A stretch of DNA of 61,620 nt, the filler included, from Platydemus manokwari (lineage: Eukaryota), in NCBI GenBank assembly GCA_037951405.1. It is 5 parts of 5 records of this genome, joined end to end, with 100 filler letters (N's around TTAATTAATTAA, not from the genome) between each part and the next. Parts side by side here need not be neighbours in the genome. Positions count along the whole stretch, not along the records: positions 1 to 12,972 come from JBBMOY011891387.1; 4 more parts are not named here. One strand, 5' to 3'. Below, one piece after another: positions 1 to 12,972 of the stretch; the stretch's first letter is position 1; the number at the start of each line of letters is the position of its first letter. A program made the position numbers and the translations under genes. The notes below the pieces were generated by a model that was given only the letters and a program-made list of their open reading frames with translations, was not told the DNA's origin and searched no databases.

Positions 1-288
1 AACAGAATAAAAATTAAGGCTTGTTCACAACAAATCTTCCCTACCAACATATTTGTATCTTAACGCTCATTTCATACGGGTACACCTGATAAATTTAAAA
101 AATTATGACAAAGTATGTTAACGATATTTTATTGTCATGTTTTGGGTGCCAAAGTGCGTACGCACTAGGTTATCCTGTATAAATCAATTCTATCTTTTAA
201 TTTATTTGTTTTAATTGAATAAACATTATTGTTTAATTTTATTTTAATTCTGTATTTCTACATTAAATTATAGCTTATATAACGTTAA

Positions 289-650
289 CTAAAAATAGTA
301 AGTTATCGTAAACACTAAAAATAGCAACACAATGTACTAAACATAGAATGTTACTAAAAAATAGTGAAATGACGCACGAAATACGCACACATGAAATAAA
401 TTGAAGTGGTATATAAAAGTGTAAAAACAATCACTCTGCACAAATTCTCAATCGCACGAAATTGTTAAACAAAATTTGTTTCGGCGAATATTTTTATTTC
501 AATTTCCAATATTCATTATCCGTTTTCCTTATTTACAAGATATTTTAACGATATTTGACAGGAATTTTATGCTAAATAAATTTTTTTTTATTTATTATCG
601 TTATAATCAGATCTAGTTCCGCGATTATTTCTAGTCTCGTGGTCTTTTAA
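289..650 (+). repeat. Dispersed repeat copy 1 carrying tandem MEF2-consensus sites (CTAAAAATAG) and a TATA box
   Basis: CTAAAAATAG at 289-298 and 315-324, variants at 337-346 and 354-364, and TATATAAAA at 410-418. By-eye similarity to 32720-33080 (AGAATGTTACTAAAAAATAGTGAAATG vs AGAATGATACTAAAAATAGTGACATG; CCGCGATTATTTCTAG vs CCGTGACTATTTCTAG). Confidence 0.55.
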
Positions 651-1073
651 AATCTCATCTCCCACTTTAATTTTATCAAAGATGCTTGTTCGGTCACCTA
701 GACAACACGCCTTTAGTGTTATCTTTTGAAACTTTATAAAATTTACTTAATGAGATCCAACAAGAACTTTTTTGTATTTTCTAAATCCATTGTGAGAATT
801 TTAAATTGAATTAAATTTATAGATTTAATTTAATTTAAAATTTGATTTGTATTTTAATACATAATTTGGTGTCGTGCTTTTTCAGTTCATTTTCGATAAG
901 TTTTATAAAATAGAAGAGGCTTACATTCATAATTATATAGTCTTAATTATCATTTAACTCATTTCTCATTAAAATATTTACAACTTAATTCCAATAATCA
1001 TCATATATCTTTTAAATCAAAATTAGTTATTTTATTAATTTCGTATTTAGCAAAGAAATATAATAAATCTATT

Positions 1074-1592
1074 TACTGGGTGTATCACAAATCAAAGGGT
1101 CACAAGAACCAAGGAAAAAGGGTCAATACATTCAACTCCGATAAACAAACGTCCTGTTAACCAATCAGATTGGTTCTCATGGTAATCAATTTAGAAGCTA
1201 AGAATCGAAAGCCATATACCTACGAAGGTCAGCAAATTCAAATATCCACCAATGGCACGAGAAACATAAGGAAAATCTCAAGTAAATCGACCCACGAACA
1301 GATTCAGCAATTGGAAAACGAAGATCAGTGACATCAAGCAGACACATCCGATAGGTCTATAAAAAAGGTTGAGTTCTATCGATTCCTGCCAGTCATTTTT
1401 AGTTGGTAACTTTAGTGTTTAGCTTTTTGATTACTCTTCATTTTGTTTTTGACTTCCGGGTGATGATCCACTCTTGATTAATTTGTTTTGTAAATTGCGT
1501 AAAAATTTGATATTTTTGTTATCGAGACTCTGAGTGTATTATTTTAGTTAATACAGATTTTCAGATCTAAACTGTTGATCGATAACCCAACA
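1074..1592 (+). mobile_element. Probable LTR of an LTR retrotransposon (diverged copy)
   Basis: Starts with a degenerate TGTTGGG (TACTGGGTGTATCAC) and ends GATAACCCAACA, giving inverted termini. 1076-1370 is clearly homologous to the reverse complement of 35790-36103. No TSD recognised. Confidence 0.5.
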
Positions 1593-3515
1593 GGTGCTTA
1601 ATTAAGATATTTTAATCAAAATAAATCAATACAAAGAACGTATTAATATTTTTTTTCAACTCTTTTAAAAATATACAAAATTAATAATTCAAATTCCTTT
1701 TACAGAAAAATAATTCAAATCTTTTTTTAATCACAATTAATTTCCCAACCACCCAAGATCACAAATTTACTCAAACACTCGGATTGAAAACAAAAAATCT
1801 TTTTATGTGAGCGAATTTTCTGATTTTCCACTGATTATATAATATTTTCTATTACGGATTATGAATAATTTTTTTTGTTTATTACTTTCTTTTTTCCTAT
1901 TGGATTTACTAACCCGCCTGCGTTAATAATTTCAATTTATTGTTTACAAATATTATTAATTTTGATTTTCTTTTTCGCCTACATTTATAATTTTTTATTT
2001 AAAAATTTGTATTATTTCGTCCTTATTTAAATTATATTTTATTTATTATCATTTATAATTTAGTCCATATTTATAAATTATAGTTTTATTCATTGTTATT
2101 ATTTTCACAGATATAATTTTGCACATTTATAAATTTTATTATTATTGTCCTGAAAATTTTATACATAAAAAATATTCAGAAATAAATTATATTTATTTCA
2201 CAAAATAAGAGTTTAAAAAAAATCACAAAATGATGCAAATATTTTAATCACGAATTGTCATCATCAATATCCACTTTCCACTTGGATTGGGGCTTTTCTA
2301 GACTTTGGTGGGAGGATTGAGTCTGAAATTGGGATCCCATCCTCTGGTAGATTGAAGACTGGCATCACTGGAATTAAGAAGATGATCCTTCTTGTTGAGC
2401 AAAAAATGAAGACATTGAAGACATTGAGAGTGGTGAGAGTGAAGGTTGTTCAGATAATTTCGCTCAATAACATAAGTAATGAGTACAAGTGGATATATAA
2501 CGAAAAGAGAAAAGAAGAAAATAAAAAATATAATTATAATATATAATTTCGGGATACATAAAAAAGTCGGACTATGTTCACATCGATGGGATTTAAGGAA
2601 CATATCTTGTAGACACTTTTACTATTCTACCAACTTTTTTGAATTTAAAGCTTATCAAAACTATTTCAAAATGAAAGGGAACTATTTTAATTTATTTTTT
2701 TATTAACATGTTTTGAAGTAATTAAAATATCCAAAATTATATATATTCTATTTTGATTCATTGGAATCTTACACTTTAAAACATATTTCAAGCTCTGTTT
2801 TGAAAACTTCTAAAAATGACATGAAAATGTATATATTCGCAATTTGTAGAAATGTAATAAAAAGAAATAACTATAAACATTAAAACAGAATTTCATTTTT
2901 TCTATAAAATATATTTTTATCTCTCTTAACTTCTGAATCCAATTGTAAGTTTATTGCAAGTACAAAAACATTAAATGATAAAAAGCTTTATATAATATTT
3001 TCATGTTAATCACAATCAAAGTATTTAATCTTGAAAGGGCTATAATTTTCCCTGTATTAAAAATTTTAATTAATTCAACATTATGCATGTATTATGACTG
3101 AATCATGAAAATCAATCCAGATTTAAAGTGATTAATCAAAATATTGAAAGAAAAAATTCAAACTAAGAAAATAAATCAATCACTGAATATTTCTTCTTTA
3201 CTAAAATATTTATTCAAAGTTTTCTGTTCTTTCTGTAGAACCATAATTGAAAATTTTTTGAGTCCAAATTATAATAATATTATAAATAATTTTTTACAGT
3301 ACTCAATACATCGTTATAAATTCCTTCCTTACAAAATACATAATTCTTAAAAAATTTTAACTTGCCTATCTTTTAATTTGAAAAAACTTATAGAATTGAA
3401 ATAACTATAAATGTAAAGCATATTTTTAATATTTATATCATTATAATACGAAGTAACAGTTTGTTTAAAATTATTTCGACCTTTGATTGGCTTTTTTTTC
3501 CGATATTTAAATAAA

Positions 3516-4874
3516 ATGGTAAATTCAATTAACTTTGATTAGTCATGTTTTAATCATATATTTTTCCAGGATTTCAATGTTTTCAAAGAGCCAAAAGGAT
3601 TTCTGAAATTTCTGGAAATAGTATGATTCTTAATAAATTAGATATATCGTATTTCATGTAAATTTGTAAAGCTAATGGCTATTCTTTCATTTGCTACTGC
3701 TTGTGGATTTTCAGATATTTTCTGGTTTCGGGTGCCATGTAATAACAATATGACAATAGATTCGTCTATTTCAATTAACTATCCTTATAAGTATTATTAT
3801 CAAATTGAATTATTTTATTTGTTATTTCCAATAATGCATAACTCCAAATAATATCCATATTCAAGATAAAGCACTGAGTCTAGATAATATCTCTATTTTT
3901 ATGACTTTATTAAATTACACAATTTTTCAAATAAATAAAGCAATATTATTCTGTTAGAGTATATGAAAATATAAAAAATCTTAATTCATTAATCAATATT
4001 TATTAATAATTAATATTTTATAAATTTTGTTATGATCTCTGTTATTTTAATATATTATTTGTCTTTGAAATATCAATAAACCTAAGTAGGATTTCTATTT
4101 TTAATGCCTATTATTAATATATATTTATAGATACTATTAAATTAATCCGGTGTGTTAACGCGGTTATCCGTTATTTTCATCAATATTTATTGAGATAAAT
4201 TTCAATAATCTCATAACTAATATTGTATACGTATAACCGCAAAGTTTTATTCTTTATGTCAGTGCAAGGGGTTGAGGAACCCCAAGATATTCCAAATATA
4301 CCATAAAATGTTTAAAATTGATGGGGAAAAGTTCGAGCAACTCTGAAATATAATTTCTCTTAAATAGTTGTATATAAGCAATTAAGATATCTACGCCCAA
4401 TATTATACATTATTTTTATAGAATATTTTTATATCATTATGATACGAATATTTTTAATTAGCATTTTTATCACAACTAATCCATGTAATTCTTCGATTCA
4501 ATCAACACTTGGATCTTTCGTTTCGGAATCGCAATTCTTTGTTTGTACAGGTGTGCTTTCTTTCATCTATTCAGTACTTTGTTGTTTGTTTTATTTTTTT
4601 TACCATGAAAAGATGTTGGAAAGCGATATATTAATTGTCAGCGTAAGATGAACGAATTCAGTTTTTACTTTAATTAAATGCCATTATTAAGGATTTTTCA
4701 ATAACATGCATATTAGCCTTTTTCTGGTTGATTGGTTCCTCAGTTTGGGCACATTCTGTTATATCTATTAAAGGTATTTCAACTCCCCGTGAAATATTTC
4801 AACTTATACCTGACTGTATTCGGAACTGTATTGCCAGAAATCAATTCGCCTATGGATTGTTGGATTCATCTATA
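3516..4874 (+). CDS. Synaptophysin/synaptoporin-family MARVEL membrane protein, 3'-partial; exons 3516-3518, 3570-3620, 3672-3790, 4462-4642, 4692-4874
   Basis: Manual splicing with GT-AG introns (51, 51, 671, 49 nt) gives M|DFNVFKEPKGFLKFLEI|LMAILSFATACGF..INYPYN|..ESQFFVCTGVLSFIYS..|DFSITCILAFFWLIGSSVWA..GLLDSSI. This matches synaptophysin motifs KEPxGF, FATC, YPF, EFFV and WLVSSSAWA. The exon for TM4 and the tail was not found. Confidence 0.85.
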
Positions 4875-5413
4875 GTAAATTAAGATTTTCATTGTCTTTG
4901 AATATCAATTACATTTGGAATATTATTTTGGGGGATTATTTATTAAGAAATATTATTTTGGGAAATTTTAATCAACATGAATAAATATTGATCATGTAAT
5001 TATATTCTAAATAATGATTGAATAGATGGGCGATTGTAAATATTGTTTTTCAGTTATACTATATTATATGTATATTCTATCGAATGATTATTGTGAATAT
5101 ACGGTTATCATTATTTCCGTGTTATTGACACCGTATGTTATAATTTGTGTCCAGTGTATTGAGCACTGTTTATCTAAATAATATCAAGATTGTTATTAAT
5201 TCCTGATAATCTTTAAGTTTAATAATTCAATTGGCAATGATAAGAATTCCTAGTTTGGCTAAAGATCGGGTTAAAGAAATCAAATATCATTGAAATTGTC
5301 TTCAAAATTTTCAATAGGTTCCTACGTATACATTAGTTTTACTACTTAAAACTATGTAAACATAAAATCAAGAATATTAAAACATAATAAATAATCAAAT
5401 AAAATAAAAATTA

Positions 5414-5500
5414 GGGCTTAAGTTAAGAAAATGGGTCATGGCATACTTTCGTAATAATGAATTTTCGCGCTTGAGATCATTTTATAACTTAATTTTATAT
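5414..5500 (+). repeat. Terminus of a dispersed repeat family (GGGCTTAAGTTAAGAAAA...), possibly a DNA-transposon TIR
   Basis: Similar ~70-90 nt sequences at 5414, 18477 and 61020, in three different contigs. Preceded by TTA at 5411 and 18474. Confidence 0.45.
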
Positions 5501-7562
5501 ATAATTGCGATTTTTGATTTATTCGTATAATTCAGTTAATATCTCACTTTTTATAATGTCAAATAATGGCAAAACATAGTTTTTAAATTAAATTTCTATT
5601 CTAATCACAACACTTCTACTTGATTTTTTGAATTTGTAATTTCAATATATTTAATTAGGAAACTTATGACTTGTTTAAAAATCTAGTATTACTTATTTTT
5701 ATAAAATAATTGTTAAATTTTAAAATATTTCTCAATTTGCTTCTAATGATATTTTTATTGAACACTAAATTGACACTAAAGAAATCTCATTCCCAGTAGA
5801 AAATCTTGCACTCGTAGTAAAATGAATGTTTAATCTATCATATAACCCTGCTTTCTACTGAATAGTATCGAATAGGGCTCTGAATTTACCATTTTATAAT
5901 TCATTCATTGATTCGAAGTCATGGCCATTTCAATAGATTCTGTTATCAGTTACGTCTTACACATGTTGTAATTTTATTTTTTGATTCTATCTCAGCATCA
6001 TTTATGTAAAAGTAAATCTTTCAATACCATTACCCCTTATATTGTTTATACTGTTAATTTTGACCAACGTTTTATAATTTATCTATTGATTTGTGGGAAA
6101 ATATTCATTTTTCATTTGCAAAGTGGCTGTTATTTTGAAAAGTTAATATTATTATTTAATTAGGCTGTGTTCTTTGACGAATAATTTATCATTTATCAAT
6201 CAATTTAGGAGTGAACCATTTAGAGAAAAACTGAATTATAGAATTTATTCATGTTTCAGTTATGGTATTTTAGTACATTAATACTTTCACTGGATTTTTT
6301 CTTTAAAATATGACACATTTTTCAAAAAATTTTATTTTTTATTGCTTTAATGTTGTTTGTTTATGTAATGTTATACTTTATATTTTCACAATAGAATTTA
6401 TTTGTTCTGGAAAATGCACTTTAAAATGATTTTTAAGAGGTAATTTGTTAAATATAGGAGGTCACTCGATAAGGGGGTACTAAGAAAATTAATTAATATT
6501 AGAATTATTTTTTGTATTTTATTGTCAATAATATAACCAAAATGTTTTTGAAACCATGGTGTATATTTTATAATCTATAATTTGCTTTCTAATCTATTGA
6601 ATAAAGCCACTCAATTCTGTAGCTGATTAGTAAACAGGTCCGGTTTCCAATGTCTACTGAAACTCGATCTGAAGATATTAATTATTGGTCGAAATAAATA
6701 GCCTCTATTATTCGCAGTTTCACAATAATAAAATTAACTTTGACTAATATGTGAGAACAAAAATTCCTATAGAAATAGCAATAGCATCATTTTATTTTAA
6801 TTTATTATTCTATTTTTATGTTAAATAATAATTATTATTCTTGTACTTATTTTATTTTTACATTTTAATGAATTTACATTTATAATTGTAATTTTATAGA
6901 TATTTTTTAATATTTAAGTGGAATCCTACAAATAGAACTATAATTTTAAAATAAGTTTAATTATATTATTTTTTTTTAAAAGCTGGAAATGTAATCAAAA
7001 TCAAAACAATTTCATTAACAATGCAAACCAATGTATCCGATGAGTTGATAATGCTCTATTTAATTTTGAAATTCAACAGCAAAAGATGATAATTCACCAC
7101 TAGTTAGTTATAATGAAGTCAAGTCACTGTGCCGCAGATTGAAATATCAAATAAATTAAGAAATGGTGAATTAGAAGTCTTACCCAATATTGACTAGTAG
7201 GAAGGACATTTATACGCATAATTAATGATATGTTAGCCTTTGAAAAGAACATTTTAGAAGGCTTTATCTATATCATACCTACATTGATAACTTAGATTAA
7301 TATCGGAAAAATGGAAACAGTAGGAATATTTTTTATATTGTGAGGATTATAAAAATTATTTTAAAAATGTGAGATCATAAAAATTCTAAAGATTTTCAAA
7401 ATAAATTTTTAATTGAAACTTATATTCATACCAAAATTGATAAATTTTTAATCCCATTATATTTGAATTTATTAGGTCAAGACAGGTATTTTTTTAAATT
7501 GTCTGAATATATCGGTAATAAAAATGTCTGTCTGGGTTCTTTTAATTTCCAAATTTATCCTA

Positions 7563-8086
7563 CCGTAGATTATGTGTATTAAGGCCTATCTTTTTTGAAA
7601 AAATTTCAGTCTAAAATCCAGAGGGTCTTAATAGGTTTAATTAGCAACTTGGCTTCCTGGATCAACCATTTATGCATGTGATTAGCTAGTTTTCTGCCAT
7701 TATTCAGCTGCTTTATGATGCTACACAACAAATTGATATTCCATCTAACAAATTTGTGAGCAATTTTCTGATTCCCGTAAAATGGATGAAAGGTGAATAT
7801 CCTATATTGCAAGATACAAGCTAAAAGTGGTTGAATTTGCCAAAATTGGCTCTGAGTATGATGCTATTTTTGCCCAAAGTGATTCCTCAGACACAGATGA
7901 TGAAGAAATTGAAGAATTAGCTACAAAACGGGTTAATCAGCACGTGGAAACAGAAGATATGTTTGAGAGTGATTAATAATTTCAAGGTTTCCATGACGAA
8001 TAAAGTAATTTAGGTTTTCTAAAAATTTTGATCTAAAAATGAGGAGGGCCTTAATAGATGTAGGGTACAATACACGTAATTTACGA
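7563..8086 (+). mobile_element. Internally deleted pogo/Tc2-type DNA transposon
   Basis: TA-flanked imperfect TIRs: TA|CCGTAGATTATGTGTATT ... AATACACGTAATTTACGA|TA. The frame from ATG 7782 joins a pogo-type N-terminus (MDER*ISYIARYKLKVVEFAK) directly to an acidic C-terminal tail (GSEYDAIF..DDEE..FESD**FQGF). No DDE core is present. Confidence 0.7.
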
Positions 8087-9365
8087 TATATAAAATAAAA
8101 GTAAAAAATGTGTTTGTAAAACTTACGTTATTAAATCATGATTTTCCATTTTTTAGATCTTAATTAATTTCGCTAGACATATTAATTCTTTTATTTTTAT
8201 GTAGTTAGCCGGATTTACTAATTTTGTTTTGTGGGTGTCCAATATTTGGTTCTTAAGAAGAGATATGCCATGCTTACGAGCTCGATACCAGTCAGAGCTG
8301 CAACCGATAGTAAGCGAAAATTGATGACTTTTTATTTGACATTTTGTTTGATTATTCAATGATGAAAATTAAATTTCTTAATTTTTATTTCCAGGTTTGT
8401 TGAAATTTTAATTTATATTCGAAATATTAACCTTCAAATGGAATAGCTACTTTGAGACATGTAATAATCTATAGTGCTTTGATTGTTCATATATAGTGCA
8501 AAATTCGATGTATTATAGCTTATTATCGATTAAGATCAATTATCGTTGCTCTTGAATCTTTGACAGATGAGGTGTAAACGTGAAGAATTGAACATCACAG
8601 TGATCATGTTGTACATTATCTTTGTTTTTATGAGTACGTATTTGAACAAATTATAAGTAGTCGATATTGTTTCGATAAAGCTCGAAAAAATCAATAGGTT
8701 GAATATAAAGTTGCTCATTTTTGGTGCATGTGAATGCTAAAATCGTATTTCAAAATTTCTTGCTTTCAAGTAAATTTTGATCGTTGAGATAGGTCTTTGA
8801 TCATTCTTAATAACTAATTATATTAATCATATTCGAAGGCCTTGCAATTAGAGTAAAACGAATTTAATTGTTAGCAAAATATTTTGCAATTTATTGTTCA
8901 ATTTTACAAAACGCTAGTTGGTGATGACAAATAGATTGTTTGCAATATTATAAAAAGCAGAAAGCATTTTAATGCAAGCTTGGTGAACATTCACACATCG
9001 TCATTAATTTAAAGATTTCAAACACGTGTTTGGAAAATCCTACTAAATATTGTATGGAATTTATTTAATATTCTATCTAATAACTTCTTCGACAAATCAA
9101 AAGAATCTGGATAGTACTGTTGTTGGAGAAAGTGATTGACAGAAAGTAGCCCAAATTGATTGAATGTTATTGAGTAATATTTCATCTAAACCAGTTATCA
9201 ATTTTATGTTTTTGACATAATGTGCAAATCTGACACTCCGATTTTGGCTCATTCAAATCGCTGTAGAAATCATTTAAATTCTTTCAACATTTGCAAAAAT
9301 AACGCTCTATAATATTTCCAAGTGAATGAATAACTTCGAAATTGTAAAATAAAAAAAGCCATATA

Positions 9366-9566
9366 CCAGGTGTACCGGTATGAAATGAGCGTTTTTTGTT
9401 AAAATGAAACACTAATTTTGAATGGAAAAGTAAAAAACATTTATTCAAAGTATTGACCATTGCTTTTTATACATTTTGACCACCTTTCTGACAATTTGTG
9501 GATGCCAAGCCAATAGAAATGTTCGTCTTTCGTAGCAAACCAATCAGACAACCAATTTTCGACTTC
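9366..9566 (-). mobile_element. 3' end of a mauritiana-subfamily (Mos1-like) mariner: right TIR plus transposase C-terminus
   Basis: TA|CCAGGTGTACCGGTATGAAATGAGCGTTT resembles the Mos1 TIR. Minus strand 9566-9441 translates EVENWLSDWFATKDEHFYWLGIHKLSERWSKCIKSNGQYFE*, close to the Mos1 C-terminus (..WLDEWFAAKDDEFYWRGIHKLPERWEKCVASDGKYFE). Confidence 0.85.
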
Positions 9567-9932
9567 TGATATTAGTTACTAAGTTTCTTTCTCATTACAT
9601 TACAAAATAATAATTATATTAAAAATTAATTCTTTGAACACATTGATGTTATTTATTTAAACCCGTACGGTTGATATTAAAGCAGTTGTTAACGTGTGCT
9701 TCAAGAAATTAATGATAGTTTATAATGTTTTGTTTTGGTCTTCGCTAGCATGTTAATTTAACTTTTTATGAATAGTTTATTATTTTACAAAATAAATATA
9801 CAAAAGAAAATAGAAAAATTCGTGTGAAAATATCTATTAAACGGTTTTAAAATTTTCCAATCCATGTAAAAATTATTCAAAAATTTTATTAATTTTTAAT
9901 GTAATATTTTTACCGATCTGCATTGTATAGAA

Positions 9933-10260
9933 CTGTGGTCTTCACACTTTGTGTTGTAACCCACTTTACGAGTTCAAATTTTTTCGCGATCCTTATGGAC
10001 TAAACAATTATTAAGCAACGTTTTTTAATAAGTTAAAATATATTTAATAATAACAATGAGTTTGCATATTCTGGCTTAAAATATCAATTTTCGGCTATTT
10101 CTGTGATGGCTGGTCTCAGGACTAATATCAGATTTTTAAAATTTGATCGATATTTTGTCTTAATATAAGTCAGTGTCAAAAATGAAATTTCTCGGGGCCC
10201 CCAAAAAATTTTTCGCCATTGACTGGTGGGTCGTGTCTTCCCTCCATTTGAGGAACACTG
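9933..10260. mobile_element. Complete non-autonomous hAT (Charlie/Buster-like) MITE, 328 bp
   Basis: Perfect 8-bp TSD GTATAGAA at 9925-9932 and 10261-10268. Imperfect TIRs CTGTGGTCTTCACA / revcomp CAGTGTTCCTCAAA. Confidence 0.8.
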
Positions 10261-12972
10261 GTATAGAATATTCTTTTTAAGTTTCCAGATAATAATGTAA
10301 CATTTTTAATGTCAAAATAAATAATAGTTTCTGATTAAACTGAGATTAATCAATTAATAGGAGAAAAATTATAAATAAAATAAACAACACATCAGTACTT
10401 TAAAAGAATCATTAAAGTTGTTAAGATGAATTATAATAACAACAAAATCAGACAAAAACATGGACTATAGTTTAAAATTGGTATGTGAAACAAATATCAC
10501 ATTTCAATGTATCTCAATTATCAATACAAATCAAGTTATCTTTTAAAATCTTTTGACAGTTATTAACTAGTAATTAAACGAATATTTTACATACAATTAT
10601 TTTAATGGCGATAGTATGACACCAAGATGATGATAATAAGTGGTGGGATCATAACAACTATAACTAACTTAACAAATGTATGAAGGATTAGACGGATAAA
10701 TAAGAGCTTTATAATTACTGTTAGCGCCACGAATTACATCACAGAACTACGATAGAGTTCGAGAACAGAGCATTATAATTTCAACTATAAACACTAATTC
10801 GTGAAAATATAATGATAAAGTAAATTTTCGAAAGCATCAGATATATCGGATTCAAAAGATATATCAGTAATAGGAAGTATTCTCTATACTAAAGTGATGA
10901 TTTACTAGAGTATTATTACTTATTGATTAATATATATCTGAGAATTGATTAATGGTTATGACCCAATAATAATGAAGTGGATAAAATCAAATAACACAAT
11001 ATAGGACAAAATTACTTTATTATTTCGTATAATTCAAGGTACAATATTTTACAGTATATACAGATTACTTGAAACCTCGATAAAAATTACCGATGGTGTC
11101 GCTTAACTGCCGAGAAATCAACTACCTTTACAAAAAAATATTAAATTTAGGTTGTACTTAATTGTACTGGTTATGTGGAACTTCAATAACCTGTATGACG
11201 ACAAAACCATAGTAATTCTTAAATTTAAATGTAAAGGTATGATCATAAAGTTAAATTTAATTGACTGAAATTGATTATCGCTTTTTGATTAGCTAATTTA
11301 TCTAAATTAGCAATTATTAATTGCGGTACAAGAATGTGTTAGTTTTCATATCACCCGAAGGTATGGTTATTATGCTGTGTTTTGTTGATAAGTATCAATT
11401 AACTATTGTCAATCTTTATTATCAATTATTTCAATCAATATCCCAATTCAAGTTAAATATATTTAGAAGAATGATAAAAAGGTGAACATAAAATCAGTAG
11501 AACAAATTTGGCAGACTAGACAGTGAGTCACTAAAGTGAGTAGCCACCTATCCAAAAAGTCGGACTGGGAAGATAAATAAGATTAAAGAGATTGTGTTCG
11601 TAGTAAACTTACACAATTAATATAAATTATGTAAAATATACATTGTTAAAATATTTAAAAGAAAAAACGTTACAGCTTAAAATAAATCTTACGAATTGAT
11701 ACTACGCCCAAATGTTAATAATGGCAAAATCCTTAATCGGTTTTGCTCAGATGAAAATTTGGCTATTATTTCGTAAATATAATTCTGTTATCGCACATTT
11801 TCAATTCAGATATTTCACTATTTGTCCAAAATTCGTCCTGTGTTTTTCCTTCGGTTGGTTTTTTAAAATTATAAGAGATTTCTTAAGTACCTTGACATAT
11901 TTTCGTGTTATTTTTTCCCATATTCACATGGAAGTTCTCATAATTTCCCTTTAATTCTAACATTTTTTACTGAGAGTTTTTCTGTTTCTTTAACTTATTA
12001 TTTTTTTAACTGTAATTTATTATGATATTTATTTACTTATTATAATATTATTATTAATTATTTCTATTAACTATTATTAATAATAATAATTTGATTGTTG
12101 CTTTTTTGTCATTGCAATATGATTTTGTTTATTTTAATTTTTTTAATTAAATTTATTATCTACTTTTTCCTTTTTACATCAAAATTTCAAAATAAATGAC
12201 CAAAATGTTTATTACTAATTTCTGGAATAAATCATTAACTTACAAAATACATCAAAGATAAAAATTCAAATTAGATCATTTGCTCAAATTCAGAAAATAA
12301 AATCACAGCTACTTTAGGCTGAGATTTATTGTAGATTGACTGAAATTACGAAGGTTATATTTCATTCGAAATGACAGACTTTCTTTTTTCTCAATAAAAG
12401 TGCTTTTCTCGAGGAATATGCAATCTGAATTTGTCTCGAACAAAGCCCAATGATAACTGATGGGTCATTTGGAAAAAGCTCAATTAACAAAAATTCTACC
12501 TTTTCCAAATGTATCCAATGTTCAAAATGTTTCGAATTCTTGTAAATTTTTTGTTATTTATTTTATTGATTGGATTTTATCGTAAGCAAGAAAATCTCGG
12601 GAACTCCATACAAAAGATATTGATGTTTTTCGATCAAGTTCTAAAGACGGAAAAAGCACTAATATTTCTAAATTTTCATGAAAACATGAAGTAAAGTAAT
12701 AAAAATAAAGATTACGATAATTTTTCATGTTTAAAATATAAATTGAATACGATCCGTAGAAAAATATTTAAAAAATAATTTGAAAAACAATACATGTTCG
12801 AAATTTTTTGTATAGATACATAAAAAAAAAGTTTTGAAACAAGAAGCTTTCTTAAATCAACCACCTGCTTTAATAAATAAATCAATAATAATGAAAAATG
12901 ATGAAAGTGGAAAAAAAAAGAAATTAACTGAAGAAGTGAAAAAAAGTGGAGAAATTAATCATAAAAGAAATA

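Noticed and set aside
289-364. CRISPR-like regularly spaced repeats
   Set aside because: Repeats are only 10-11 bp with 7-16 bp spacers, the context is eukaryotic, and there are no cas genes.
2298-2706. Overlapping short ORFs in a GC-richer patch
   Set aside because: No recognisable family. One frame has an acidic tail interrupted by stops, so this is probably TE debris.
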